A stretch of 63,732 bases of DNA, counting the filler, from Sluysia triapertura (Eukaryota): assembly GCA_046118255.1 (NCBI GenBank). It is 5 parts of 5 records of this genome, joined end to end, with 100 filler letters (N's around TTAATTAATTAA, not from the genome) between each part and the next. Parts side by side here need not be neighbours in the genome. Positions count along the whole stretch, not along the records: positions 39,101 to 50,223 come from JBJNIA010188533.1; positions 50,324 to 63,732 come from JBJNIA010041689.1; 3 more parts are not named here. One strand, written 5' to 3'. Position 1 is the stretch's first letter; the number at the start of each line of letters is the position of its first letter. A program made the position numbers and the translations under genes. Under the pieces are notes generated by a model. It searched no databases and was not told the DNA's origin. It worked only from the letters and a program-made list of their open reading frames with translations. Shown piece after piece: positions 40,641-53,574 of the stretch.

Positions 40641-40958
40641 GTTAGCCTTGTACGGACTAACCAAATAAATATGTATTTTATAGGTTAAGCTAGCCTTTCA
40701 CGGTCTAGTAAATAATGTGACATTTTAAAAGTTAAGCTAGACTTACGACGATCTAGCAGGGAAACATTAACTATAATTTTTTGAAACAAAAGAATTGTAA
40801 TAACCTAAAGTGCATTATACAACTTGATAAGAAAAGTTCTACAAAAGTTTACAATATAATATTGATAACCAATTTACCACTTAAAATATAAAAATTCTAG
40901 AAGTTTTTAGAATGATAATTTTAGAATGAAATTAGCTTAGCCATATTCCGGTCTAAGT
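40641..40958. repeat. Four related bulged hairpins, three in a 47-48-bp periodic array
   Basis: GTTAGCC-N6-GGACTAAC (40641), GCTAGCC-N6-GGTCTAGT (40689), GCTAGAC-N7-GATCTAGC (40736), GCTTAGCC-N7-GGTCTAAGT (40935). Confidence 0.7.
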
Positions 40959-42279
40959 GTAAAATAAAATATAAGTTTGAGTTTATTTTAAATTCTCCCA
41001 TTTATGGTGAGAATTAAGAAACCTAACACAAATATTCTTTCTTTCATAGAATGGAGTATTTTGAATGAATTTGTCAGATGATTAATTGTTAATTTTCAGC
41101 ACTTATATACTGAATTTACAGCAGCCACATTTATTTTCCTTTCATTTTGATTAACAAACAAAATTTTACTTAATTGATTAATATAAACAAAACATAAATT
41201 TTAAATTCTAAATAAAAATTTTAAATAAAAATAAAATATCTATAATGATTAATTATATAATTTAATTTATTTTATAATTTTTTATAATTTAGTTTACTTT
41301 TTAATTTATCTAATTTATTTTATAATTTATTTATTCAATTAAAAATGTTAATATAATAATTTAAAATAAAAATGAAATCAGTGATTTAAAGTCAAAAATC
41401 AATCCAGTTCCCACATAAAGTTAATTAAGATTTTAATTAATTAATCTATTTTTAGATTAAAGGAAAGAGACAAATTAAGAATACATTAATCATGTTACAC
41501 GTACTCACATTAAATTATCCCAAAATTTTGTATTTAACTTAAATTTTTTTTTTCAATTGTAATAACCACAAAACAATTACAAAATCGATAATTTTAAGAT
41601 ATTTTTTTAATTTAGATTTATTATTCTTAACAATGTAAATATTAACAATAATATTATTTTAATTAGAATTCTACGTGATATAATAATATTTATCATATTT
41701 AAAATTTATCAATCTATTGTGTTTTTAGATTTAACGATAAAGCAAAATGAGTAAACTTAACGGGTTGGCTACAATCTACAACTTAAAATACAACGCGTCT
41801 ATGTTGGTAACAAATGACTATACAACATGTAAACTACCTAATATACGTTCATTTCTAATATGCGTACTATTAAGTTATTAAATAATTTTAATCTAACTTG
41901 AATATCGCGATAACTTTGCTACGTGAATATTATACTATGAATGCTAATTTGTTGGAACGTTTGTATTTGCTTGCCAATATCTTTTTAATTGTTAGTGAGG
42001 GTATTTATTGCTTTGTTAATTTTATTTTTATTCATGAAACAATTAAAGTGTAATAAATTGTAATTAAATATTATTAAATAATTTAATATTTCCATGTTTA
42101 TTCGAAAAATTACGAAAGATAATTAATGAATAATTCAACCATTTGTTAATTAATAATATTTTGATACTTCTATTATTTCATTTAGATAACTCATAAAACG
42201 AAGATAAATGGAATAATTTTCAACGAATTACAAATTATTTTTAAAGTTGCATTAATTTTTTTATTTAAGTAGAGTTTAT

Positions 42280-44985
42280 TTCAATTCAGATGCTTGGCTC
42301 TAGGTCGATGTAAATCGATTTACTTCAGCGATAAATTGCAATTGTGTATTCTCAACCGTTATGTTGGATCTCGATTATCGGAAACTTTATTTAAACGTAC
42401 TACAGATTGGATGTGGTTCAAAGTGATATATTAACTCGGCTCACTTTATTAAGAACTTTTCACACATGTTTTACTTAAATTCACCTTGATATTATATATT
42501 TAAACAAATTGCACTATTTATTGTTGTAATTTTATTTTAGATGTTTAAATTATGATTTAATTTTGTGAAATAAACTTATTTTAAAATAAATTCGATGAAT
42601 GAGTTCATTGAGTATTAGACTTACAAATGGACGAAATATCGAAAACTCTACATGTGATATTTAGCTTGGATCGTTAAGTTTGAATCTTAATGTAAACTTG
42701 TAAAACTGCGCATTTACAGAATTAAAAAATCAAAATTCTCTTTCGAATAACTTGAAAAATTGATTGTAAGAAATATTTCTACAATTAATACAGTTATTAA
42801 GGAGCTTGTCTTATGTACAGTTCTTGAAAAGTAATTCACTTAGCACACATTTCTTAGCGACTATTTTGTGCCTAATAATTTACGACACGACATTATGTTT
42901 ACGTTTTGCGGAAACACCGATAAAACTTGCTTAAATATGTATCTTAAACCAAGTTTGTATCAATACTTAAAGCATGTCTAAATAAATCCTTTGATAAATT
43001 AAAACTACTAAAAATAAAATTATTTGTTAAATTAATTTTAAATATATTTGCAGAAAGATAGATTGCTAATACTTCACTATCGAGAACTGAATATTGCATC
43101 TTTTGGTTGAACTGAATAAAATTCAATAGATCTAGGAATCTCATCCTTATGTTGTGTTGAAAAGATACCATTTGCGGTATTGGATACATCGGTTCTTAAA
43201 ACAAACAGCCACTTAGTAGAGGAAAATCTATTCATTGAAAAGCTAGTAAATATATGTTATTCCATTTCATGGTTTTAACGGGAACCAATTTTTCATGTTA
43301 AGAATAGTGTTGGATGGGTTGTGCGTTTAAACAATTATGTTGGAATCACGGAATTTGCAGAACTCATATCAATGTAGAATTCTTAGTGAGGGTAGAGAAA
43401 ATTACCAAAGATCGGCATCACTATAAATATTGACTGAGATGCTGTCTTGTTCGGTTTTAGCACTATAACTTATAATAGAATTAATTTTTGTGGGTGCCTT
43501 AAAGTTTGCAAAGTGCAAACAACTCATTTCCTGGCATGGGTTTGAAAAGTGATTGTTACATTCACAGATCCTTGATTTAAATATTATGTGACTTGTTGGA
43601 GAATTCACATCCCTGTAAACGTCGAATGATCTCTTTCGACTTGGAGACATAGAATTTCGAGATCTATTAAAGTGTTTGTGCTCTGTGAATTTGAAAGCAA
43701 AGCTACTGCTTCAGTTAATGAGGAAACTGCAGTGAATGAATGCCAATCGCTCAGTAATCGTGTCAAAGTGGCGTTTCTCTATAACACAATGCAAAACTAC
43801 CTTATCTGCCAGGTTGACCAAGTCCTCAATCTTATCCATTGTGCCACTAAATTGGACAGCCTTAATCATAAAAGACATTAAGCACATCATAATGTTTTTC
43901 GGTCATTCAGAAGAGTAGTCCTGAGTCGTTTTTGACCTTCTTGAGGAATTCAGAAAGTGTTAGATCACCTAAAAGTTGGCTCTTAAAGTACTTGATGCAC
44001 ATTAGGATGTAAAGATTAAATCAATATGGTCATGATATAGTTATACTGAGGATGACATGTCGGAAATGTTTGAAATAATCTTAATTCCAAGATCTTTTGG
44101 CAGTAATGTGAAGGTTCCTGTAAATTTCTCGGCAGGTATATATATATAGTGTGATTTCATATTAAAACTAGTTAAAAATGTGGGAGAACTTGTTCTCCTT
44201 GATGGAGAGTTCTCTCTTGACTTTGAAAATAGTATTTGTGTTAAATCCGCGACTTGTTTTGTTAAGTTTTGGACCTGTAAAAAAGGTTTTGAGTTTCTGT
44301 ATTAGTTGTTGTTGCAATGTATTTCTGACTCTTGGAAGAAGAATCGTTCATTTTTGATTCTTGTTCCATACTGCGCGTGGTGACCAACTTAATAATTCGA
44401 AATTTTATTCCAATATTTTACAACATTTCATAATTCATAATAACTCCAAACATTCTACACATAAATTTCATAATATCAAATTTACATTTAATACCGAAAA
44501 TCATCAAAAATTTACAACAATTAATTCAAAATATTGCAAACCTTCTCAATCATTTCCAATTCATAACTTTTTATCATTAAAATTACATTCATTTTCAGAT
44601 TAACAACGTACATTAAAAATTCATTAAAAACATTTTATTCATAGTTCCATAACAGTATAATCATAAGTATATTTGTTAACTTTCCACAAATACCTTTTAG
44701 AATGTATCAAGACCGTTACTATATTTCATTTCTTTCAGATTCACTAAAATCATTTTTCATATCTCAAAATATTTTAATCCACAAGATTCCAACATCTAAA
44801 CTTTACCTTCAGTTAAAACCATCAATTCACATGTTAAAACTCAGCTGAAACATTTTTATGCATTATCTAATAACACTAAAATCACAATTACATCTCAAAC
44901 TATCAAATTTACATCTTAAATTCATTACAAATCATTACAAACTTATAATCTTTTAACATTAAGCTTCTAAGACATTTATAGTAAG
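42280..44985 (-). mobile_element. Degenerate Ty3/gypsy LTR retrotransposon (LTR, PBS, gag, protease, integrase; RT not seen)
   Basis: LTR-like block 44388-44985 and PBS-like TGGTCACCACG (44386-44376). Gag-like IEDLVNLADKV...NRSRNSMSPSR...ICECNNHFSNPC. Protease-like FYIDMSSANSVIP (compare FLIDTGAEVSVIP). Integrase-like ISHVEFSIFRPF (FSHVHIDIVGPL) and SIYIDLEP (VSIDRLKP). The order is gypsy-like. Confidence 0.65.
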
Positions 44986-45162
44986 GAAAGAAATTTAATT
45001 ATGTTGAAAAATTTACAATAAAAGAAAGAAGAATTTTGAAGTATGCATTTCATTTTGTTTTGTCTTAGGCTATTATCATTAATATTATTGTTTAATTATT
45101 TCAATCATTATTATTTCACTGTTTGTTACCTTCAGTTTGAACTACAATTTTAATTATGCACT

Positions 45163-45413
45163 CTGCCACCAATCGACAGGAATCTAATTAAATTAATTTA
45201 CTGTTTCGTATAAACTGTCGATTGATGACAGTTTCTATGTATATGTTATTATTTTACTTGTCACCATTTTATTATATCATCTCTTTTAGCAGCATGGTGA
45301 CAACCATGCATGAATACAGTGTATGAGAACTATGCAACAACTGATTGGATATCTAATCAGGTTCGTATCATTACTATAATTTTTATATATCGGGATTGGA
45401 CATCCAATCAGAG
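45163..45413. promoter_or_regulatory. 17-bp-arm GACAG inverted repeat plus palindromic CCAAT boxes
   Basis: CTGCCACCAATCGACAG (45163-45179) and CTGTCGATTGATGACAG (45215-45231) are 15/17 complementary. Also CTGATTGGATATCTAATCAG (45341-45360) and GATTGGACATCCAATCAGAG (45394-45413). About 160 bp upstream of ORF 45571. Confidence 0.55.
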
Positions 45414-45570
45414 TGAACAAAATAATAGACACAAAATAATAACAAAATAATGTAATGATTGTATAAAAGAAGTAATTATATTGAGTGATCCACCATTTTA
45501 ATAATATTTTACTATTTGTAGATTCTTTTTATTTGAACCGCAAGACTATGTTAAACTTAGTAAAGTCGAA

Positions 45571-45993
45571 ATGCAATTTATATTTGATGTGTTAATTTAT
45601 ATTAATGAAATTAGTGATGAAAGTACACCAGAAGAAATTTTAGATTGTAATTCAATTCGACGGTTTAGATTCCTTAAGAAACTTTATGAACATAATCATT
45701 GCTATGATTATGAAGTCTTGTTAAAGTTATGTATTCACAAAACAATTAATACGGTACAATTTCCGATTAGTGTGGATAGATTATTTTGCCATATTTGTAT
45801 TTCTTATGAAAGTGAAATTGTCGACAAAATTTGTGCTGCTAATAATAATAATAATAATATTGTTATTATTAAATGGATTTAATATTGAAATTGAAAAGGA
45901 TGAAGAAGCAATATCATTTAAGGTTATTTAAATTATTTAAAAGAATATAACAGTAAATATCATAGTGAAATGAAACAAAAAGTGGATTGAAGA
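45571..45993 (+). pseudogene. Orphan intronless ORF, 103 aa then a frameshifted continuation
   Basis: ATG-initiated ORF 45571..45882 (…YDYEVLLKLCIHKTINTVQFPISVD…). Coding-like text continues in other frames after an (AAT)n tract. Confidence 0.45.
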
Positions 45994-46019
45994 ATACAAA
46001 ACTGTTTTCAGAATTTAGA

Positions 46020-46650
46020 ACGATCGAAAGAAATGAAATCGGGTAATAATTTTAATGAATGCTAAAGTAAAACTTTTATTTTCGCTAGGAATTCGGAAGG
46101 TGAAAGAGTACCTAGTGTTTGTACTTTGAAGGAGTCTTGAAAGACTCCGAATTTGGACGGTATTGCTGTATGACGATTTGTTTGAGTTCGTCATACGGTG
46201 ATTTTGAGGCAATACACGTCTGAATTTTTTTGGCTAAGTTTACTCAAAAGTGTTTGTGGGAGCATTGATAAAGTATGATTAAACTTAGCGCTTTGGTGTT
46301 TGATTGCACTGATTTTGAACATGGTTTCAATAACCATAAACCATGTATTAGGGGAAGAAGTGTCATCCAAGAAAAATTAAGACGTTAAAGGAATGCTAAT
46401 ATTTGTTAGTGGGTCTTGAAATTATTGCCCCTTCTGGAATATTATTATCACTACATCTTAGATGTAAATGTTGCTCTTGATAAGTGTTTAGTTAATTTGT
46501 GGAGTAAATTGACGGCATCGAAGTTTTTGATTTTAAGACGCAAGTTTGGGTTACATTTTATTTTTATGGATATAACTTGATTGATTTGAGTTTTCTTATT
46601 GATAGATGTGTTCACCTCAGTGTGGACGTGCTGTCTGTGAGGGTTTATAT
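46020..46650 (-). mobile_element. Ty3/gypsy gag N-terminal remnant
   Basis: SPNTWFMVIETMFKISAIKHQSAKFNHTLSMLP and, after a frameshift, PYDELKQIVIQQY match the P..WF...E..F....I.....KF...L and Y..LK..L pattern of gypsy gag. Confidence 0.7.
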
Positions 46651-46721
46651 GATATGATAAAATTAATAGTATTAAAAGTGTGGAACTTTATGTTATTGTT
46701 ATGAATAATGAATTAGTGAAC

Positions 46722-47974
46722 TTAATTTAAAAATTTTATTAGATCATATTTACTATCAACGAATACGTTTACATATAAATTTACAAAATAAAAATACAGA
46801 TGTGTTGGGATATATTTAGCAAAATCAATTATGAAAACGAAGAATTTATGATTTAAATGGTAATTATAAATATTGTCCAAAACATCTATCCAGGGACACT
46901 TTATCATTGTCATCAGTTGTTGGTTCTTAAAATGACACAAAGAATAAGTATTAAATATTAATTGATTATTAAATTTAATATTACTTTAATTCTTATGTTG
47001 TTTAAACACTTAATTGGTGGAGTCTTGCCTTCATGTTCCTTGTAGTGCTCTTTACTTATTTGAAAACTGATTTTGTCGAATGCTAGAATGGATTGTACTA
47101 GATTTTGAATGCGTTAAACACGTTCTTGTAATACTGATGTATTGTTGTTAGTATGAATAATTTGATCTATTGAATGAAAGTATTTACATGAGAATCCAAA
47201 TTTAATATATTTCCCTGATATATCGGCCTGAAACGAACATTGTAAAGATTTGAACTCGCTATAATTTTCTCCAGTATTGATCATATCTATATGATGTTCG
47301 ACAATATGATGGGGAATATTTACTGGAGGAAACTTTATACTAATTTTTCCAAATTCAATTATATTTTCATCAACAAAATAAAACTATAATCTTTTAAACA
47401 TAACTTAGTTCTAAATATTTTAAGACAAATTGTAAAATTAATGGCAGAGATTGTTTATATTCGGTCGTTTCATCATTAGTAATTTGATCATTTGTTTTAT
47501 AGAATTTCCGATTATTATTAAATTAGATTTGTCATCAATAATAGTCCATCTTTTATCTAACATGGATTGATCGAATTCTTGTATATGAATGTATTCAACA
47601 ATGTATTCAACATTGTTACAAGTTTGCATAATCATCTTTTGGTGAATTAAGTTAAATTCATTAATTTTAGATACCAAGATTAATGATGTAGGTGCTAATA
47701 ACCATAGATCACTGCACTTGATAAAACATCTTGCATGAGATCTTTTAAAATAAATCATTGTTTCTGATATAATTTGTTGTAAAAGACTAATTCGTTCATC
47801 AAATACGAAATTAGCATCATTGAAAGATATCATTATTTCTTGACATTTATCTGTATTATCTAGTTCATTATAATCGATTTGACGATTCTTCAAGATATTC
47901 TGTTTATCTAATAACCATTCTAAATGATGAGAAAATCTCAAAACATTATCAACCATTATAAATATTATTGACAT
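46722..47974 (-). pseudogene. Orphan coding region (178-aa ORF plus downstream interrupted frames)
   Basis: ORF 47438..47974, a coding-like segment about 47385-46990 (FVDENIIEFGKISIKFPPVNIPHHIVEHH...) with one stop, and ORF 46722..46940. Family unknown. Confidence 0.45.
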
Positions 47975-48289
47975 AAAGAACTAAATTGAAACTTTATAAT
48001 CTTTTATTATTCCAGTAAGTTATAAATTTTTTAAATTGTTTTATAAAAATAATAATTCTTATTTCTGAATACGGTATTACTAACAAAAAAAGTACTGATT
48101 AAGTTTTTTTGTTGTACCGTGTGTTTAATTTTAGTAACAATTACTGTTAATTACAACCATTGGGCATCAAATTTGGGGAACAGAAGTATTTTGTAAAACA
48201 GAACTGATTGTATGTCCACTTAACTGACAATAATGCAGATCGAACTTATTTTTATATACATAATAATAACTAAAATTCTTTTCTTTCTA

Positions 48290-48985
48290 GAAGTGAATTG
48301 AGAATATTTACTTATTCTAATTCTTATGATCTTTTTATTAATAAAAGGCTTGTGTGGAATGACAAAATTTGAAATGTAAAAAGAATTTGTGAAAGAATGC
48401 TGAAAATGAGTAACACTTATCCAAGAATTTTATTTTGATCATAATGTCTTGAAATGATTTATGAGATGTGAATTTAATGTTAAGTATGATATTAATGATT
48501 GAATATAGAAGGATTATGACTTAAAATTATTTAGATAGCTGTTAAGGTTTTTCTTTAATAATTTGGGATGTAAATTGTGATTTTAATAGTGTGATGTAAT
48601 TTGTTTTGAATGAAATTTCACGATTTCAATGATAATTCAAGATACAATTGTAATTCTAATGTTATGCGAAAATGAATAACTGCTTTAAATGAGTTTTTGA
48701 ATGTACGTTAATGGTTTTGAATGAAAGTGTAGTTTGGAAGTTGAAAGATTGCAAATTTAAAATGTTTTTGAAGTATGAAAAAGGTTCTAATAGATATGAG
48801 TAGGTAAAATATAAATTGTTAATAGATGTGATATTGAATAAAGAAAATTAATTTGAGTTTCAAATTAAAGGTTGGCCAGCACAATTGTAACAGTGTAAAG
48901 GTGAAAGTGAAACAGAGAATAAATGAATAAAATTTATATTATTGTATTTGATGAATCACCACACTTATAATCAATGGGGAGATGA
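48290..48985 (+). mobile_element. LTR copy inverted relative to 44388-44985, with PBS-like and PPT-like motifs
   Basis: The reverse complement shares AACGTACATT.AAAA.TCATT.AAA, AAAATCACAATT.ACATC.CAAA and GTG.TG.CCAAC.T..TAATT.GAAA with the 44.4-45.0 kb block. TGGCCAGCAC at 48873; GGGGAGA-TG at 48976. Confidence 0.5.
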
Positions 48986-50223
48986 AATATCATCTAATAA
49001 TCGAAATTAAATAACATCCTATCAAATCAACTTAAAATGTCTTATGAATATATCTACTGATACTTATTAGTCAAATCAAATTCAATTAAATACATCAAGT
49101 TCCTAATGTACTAAAAATTATTGATTCGACTAAGTAACTTTACATAATACGCTCATGTATATTTTTCAATAAACAAATCTCACTTTAAAATAACATTTTT
49201 GTAATTTTTCATATAATTTTCTGCAACAGTTAACTTGATGGTTATATGAAGAAATATAATATCGCAGTTAAGTTTAGGAAGTGCCATTTCATGTTTCTTA
49301 CATTCTATTTTTGTATTATTTATTAAAATGTATTTCAGAACCTTGTAAAGATGTTTCTTTTAAAGTTACTGAGATTTTTACGATATTTTATATTAATTTT
49401 TTAAGATTTAATTTAAATTATTTTCAAAATTTCCTGTTAAATAAACATGATAAAAAGAACACCAATACTAGTTACATTATGTTAAAATTTATATTTCCAC
49501 AACTGTCACTTATATATCTAAATATTACTTTTGTGTGAAATATGAATAAAACATAAAATAAATAATAATTTACACAAGTAATAGAAACTGATATATGTTA
49601 TTATTATTAATTCTTTCCCAGTATTATTTTTTGTAATATAACAATGGAAATTGCATTTTACATAATTCAAATATATTAAAATTTGTAAAGTAAATTCACA
49701 CAATTCAAATTAATACTGTGTCGCTTGTTATAATAATAATTCTATTAAAATTATTGGTTACATAAGTTTGTTATTTGATAATTAATCGAACAAATTAAAT
49801 TTTGTGAAGCTGAAAGACTTTGTGCTGAAAATAAAGATTCTATGGTATGTCTAGGTCAATTTCGGACTACTCTGATAAGTTGTTATGTGTGTGGAGGGCC
49901 ATTTTAATTTGATTTGATTTTTTATTTTATAAATATTTAATTTTAAAAAGACAAATTTAATTAAAAGAAAACAATTAATTAACTTTAATTTAAATTTTAA
50001 CAAGAAGGGCTTAAGGCCCGAAATGATTAAGAATAAACATGTAATTAAAATATCTAAATAATCCACAAGATTTATTAAAACATTAACGTTTATAAAAAGG
50101 TATATTAGATATAAATTTTTCAGCAAGAATAAAACAAACAGTAAATAATTAAAGTTTTGAACATTTAACATAAATCGCATACTTCGAACAACAAAACTTA
50201 TAGCTTCTTTTCTTTCTCCTTTT

Positions 50224-50323
50224 NNNNNNNNNNNNNNNNNNNNNNNNNNNNNNNNNNNNNNNNNNNNTTAATTAATTAANNNNNNNNNNNNNNNNNNNNN
50301 NNNNNNNNNNNNNNNNNNNNNNN
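50224..50323. other. Artificial contig linker
   Basis: N44-TTAATTAATTAA-N44. Confidence 0.97.
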
Positions 50324-50734
50324 TAAAGACCTGATCATTTTTAGTCATTTTACTCATTATTATATTTGATTTTTGATTTTTGCTCCTGTTATATATTTGA
50401 CTTAATATAGTATTTAGTTGTTTTATTTAATTTAAAAAAAATAATAGTAATAGATAATTTTTGTGCTGAATAAATTTCGTTATTATTTATAAGAAAATTT
50501 GTGGTAAATAGTATTTGTTAATTAAATTTCCAAGGATTTTAATGTAAGTTAGAATTTTCATTTATTCTGTAAATATATTGAAATTTAGAGGATTTAAAAC
50601 ACAAGAAATAATTAAATAAATAAAAATTAAAGACCTTACCATATGCATGGATTTTCATACCTATCATCATCATTGTCATTGTCATTGTTGTTGTTGTGTT
50701 ATAAAATTTTTGAAATCTTTATTTTATACTTTCT

Positions 50735-51960
50735 CATCATCCAATCACTTCATAATCTCACAACCAAACACTCTCTCACACAAATCATCCAAACCTCTTT
50801 CAGAATCAGACCGACAATAACAACTTTGACAACTACATGGTACGGTCTATCAAACTTTATTAGGTACAAAACATAAAAATATGATTTATTATCAACCATC
50901 ATTTCCTTTTACTCTGCTCAATCTATTTTTACTTCAATTACTTCTCACATTAAAATAACAATCAGCAATACTGTTAAAATACATAGAAATAATGAATTTA
51001 ATTTCACTTTCTATTATTTAATGAATTTTCTATTTTTTACATCCAATTTTCTAATGGGAAATGTTTTAAGCTTCTTATTCTCAAGCGAACCATTTTATAA
51101 ACACTTCGAACTAACTTACAGATTCTCCTTTTCAATAGTAATAATCTCATATTCCATTAATCACATTTGCATCACTCTAAGTATAAAAAATTTAAAATTT
51201 AATTGAAATTTGACTTTGCTCAATATTAAGACTTTCCTTGCATGAACTCGGTCAAACCATACTTTTATGGAAAGGTCTTTTCAAAACAAATACAAACGCA
51301 GTTTCAAACTTAACATAGCATTTCGCATTCACAAGTTATTCACAAAAGCGTACTTTTTCTTAATTAAGTTAATTAAGATTTTTAATTAATTTTATATTAT
51401 TAGACTTAATCTTATTCTATGTTTAAAGGTTTTATTACGGTTCTAAATTCTTTTAGTAGTTTATAAGGTATTCAAGAGGCTCTAGATGTTTTCACCTTCA
51501 CCCCTCTGATTCCTTTTTCTACTTCTTCATGTTAATTATTACTATGTGAAACTTATCTTTATTATTTTGAAAAAAGATTTTATTTCTCAAACGTTCTAAA
51601 GTTTTTATACACTTTATAAGGTTACTTAAGGATCTCAACTGCTTATCGATATTCCAAGAATACTTAAAGGTTGCTAAGGTCTTAAATGATCCAAAAGTTC
51701 TAAAGATCAAAGGTACTTTAAGTTCCTTCAAGACCATCTCAAGTTCCCACAAGGTCTCAAACCCTTATATAGGTCTTTGGAACTCCAAGGTATTCTTCAA
51801 CTATTAACATTATTATAGACGTTTTTACTCTCATGATTCTTATTCCAACAACGTTTACCATGTTTAATTCATCACTTTGTATCAATCCTCTTTTTATTTT
51901 ATAACTCCATAGGTTTCTCCCTCATTTCCTGACACATGTCAATTCCAACAACAACAATAA
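50735..51960 (-). mobile_element. Degenerate LTR-retrotransposon-derived repeat with an integrase 3'-like segment
   Basis: Homologous to 35460-36530, 40200-40440 and (inverted) 63030-63230. Minus strand KFDRPYHVVVKV resembles the integrase GPY/F motif; FETAFVFVLKRPFHKSMV resembles the end of the integrase core. Confidence 0.6.
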
Positions 51961-53574
51961 TAATAAATGCTCAAATAATAATGATAATAATAATAATCAG
52001 AATAATAATCATAAAAATAATGATATAGTGTTACTGGGGCGTTTAGTTTGTGGCGTTTCGTGTAAATGTTTTGCTAGTTGGTTGAAGGTATTTTGGTTGG
52101 ATGCATGAATTTGAGCTTAATTTGAAGAAAAAATTAGGTAAAATAAATTATACACTATAATACATAACATAACACAATTTGCAACAGAATCGAAAAACAA
52201 TTTCCCGCAGTATTGATTAAGTCAGACATATGTAGAGATCGATGTTCGCCATTTATTTCATTAATGAATTTAAATCCTAAACGATATATAATTAAAAGAA
52301 ATATTTTATTATTGCATCAGGATAAAGTCGATATAATAAAGAAAGAATTAAAAAATGGATAATACTGTCGGAACGAATGCCATCAAGTCATCAAATTATT
52401 GATATAGTTAAAACATCTATCGAAGATATTGTTATCCTTTTGTTTTTAATGCCATTAAAGCAATTCCCTTACAATCTTAAAAATGATGATATTGTGTTAC
52501 TAGAACAAGTGCCATCGAATAACAAAGTCATTAATACATTTAATCCTGCTGTTAAATATAAAGTTGATATTTTATTAAAGATGTAGACAACATGTGTTTG
52601 CAACTCGCACGAATGGTATTATATTTCTTACATGGACCAATTCCATCTCATCAGTCATTAGAGTAATATGCTTCAAAATGTATCCTGAATTCGAAGACAG
52701 AATAATACTGCATTTTATACTGGAAGTACGAGTTTTTAATTCTAATTTTAACTTTTATCCTTATTCGTTTTTGTAGTTAATGACGATCTTTTCTTTAATA
52801 TCTACAAAGTCACACCTTCAAGATGTTCAGAAATGTACCAATATTTTATTAAAATCTTGTATAATATACTAATGTCGTTTATGTATTTAAAAACAATTAT
52901 TATAGACTTGGATGACTTGCTTAATAAATGTCTTTAGTTCATTTTTATTACTTTATTTTCATTAAATTTAGTTTGAATTATTCAATTTACAAAAGAATTT
53001 ATAAAAGAAATTCACTAATGATAAATTTCAATAAATATTATGTGAATTGTCAACAACTAAATAAATACATGCTTATAATTAATTTTATTAAATATTATTT
53101 AAATAACACACCACCAAAGTGGTTATTTTTAAAATAAAAAAAACTAACAAAATAATTGTTTTGATAATTGATAAAATTCATTTTCTAAATTTATAATAAT
53201 TTATAACTGAAATAACAACTTATATAATCACGTGTAACGCATATAATATTTTATAAATTGTATGAAACTTCTATAATTAAGTATATTCTTATATAATTTC
53301 TTTGTAAATTTTTGGAATAATTATAACAACTACTTGTATCACTATCTATTGTAAGTGTGACTTTTGCAATTTCATAAGAGTTTTATATAACGTACATTGT
53401 AGTGCACATGTAATTTTTTTGCATAAACCAATAAAAATTCGTATTACTCTAAGGAATTTAATTACTAACAGTGCGCATATTTAATCAGAAAGTTATTCTT
53501 GCGCATCTTTAAAACTCTAACAATAATTATGAGTATATTAATTCGAATCATTTTAATAATTTAAAATTTTACTT

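Noticed and set aside
40641-40757. CRISPR-like array (hairpin repeats at 47-48-bp period)
   Set aside because: Eukaryotic context with no cas genes. The repeats are not identical and the spacers resemble each other. Kept only as a hairpin array.
44388-48872. Polinton/Maverick element suggested by long inverted repeats
   Set aside because: No protein-primed PolB, packaging ATPase, adenain protease or capsid motifs seen. The repeats end in PBS-like motifs typical of LTRs.
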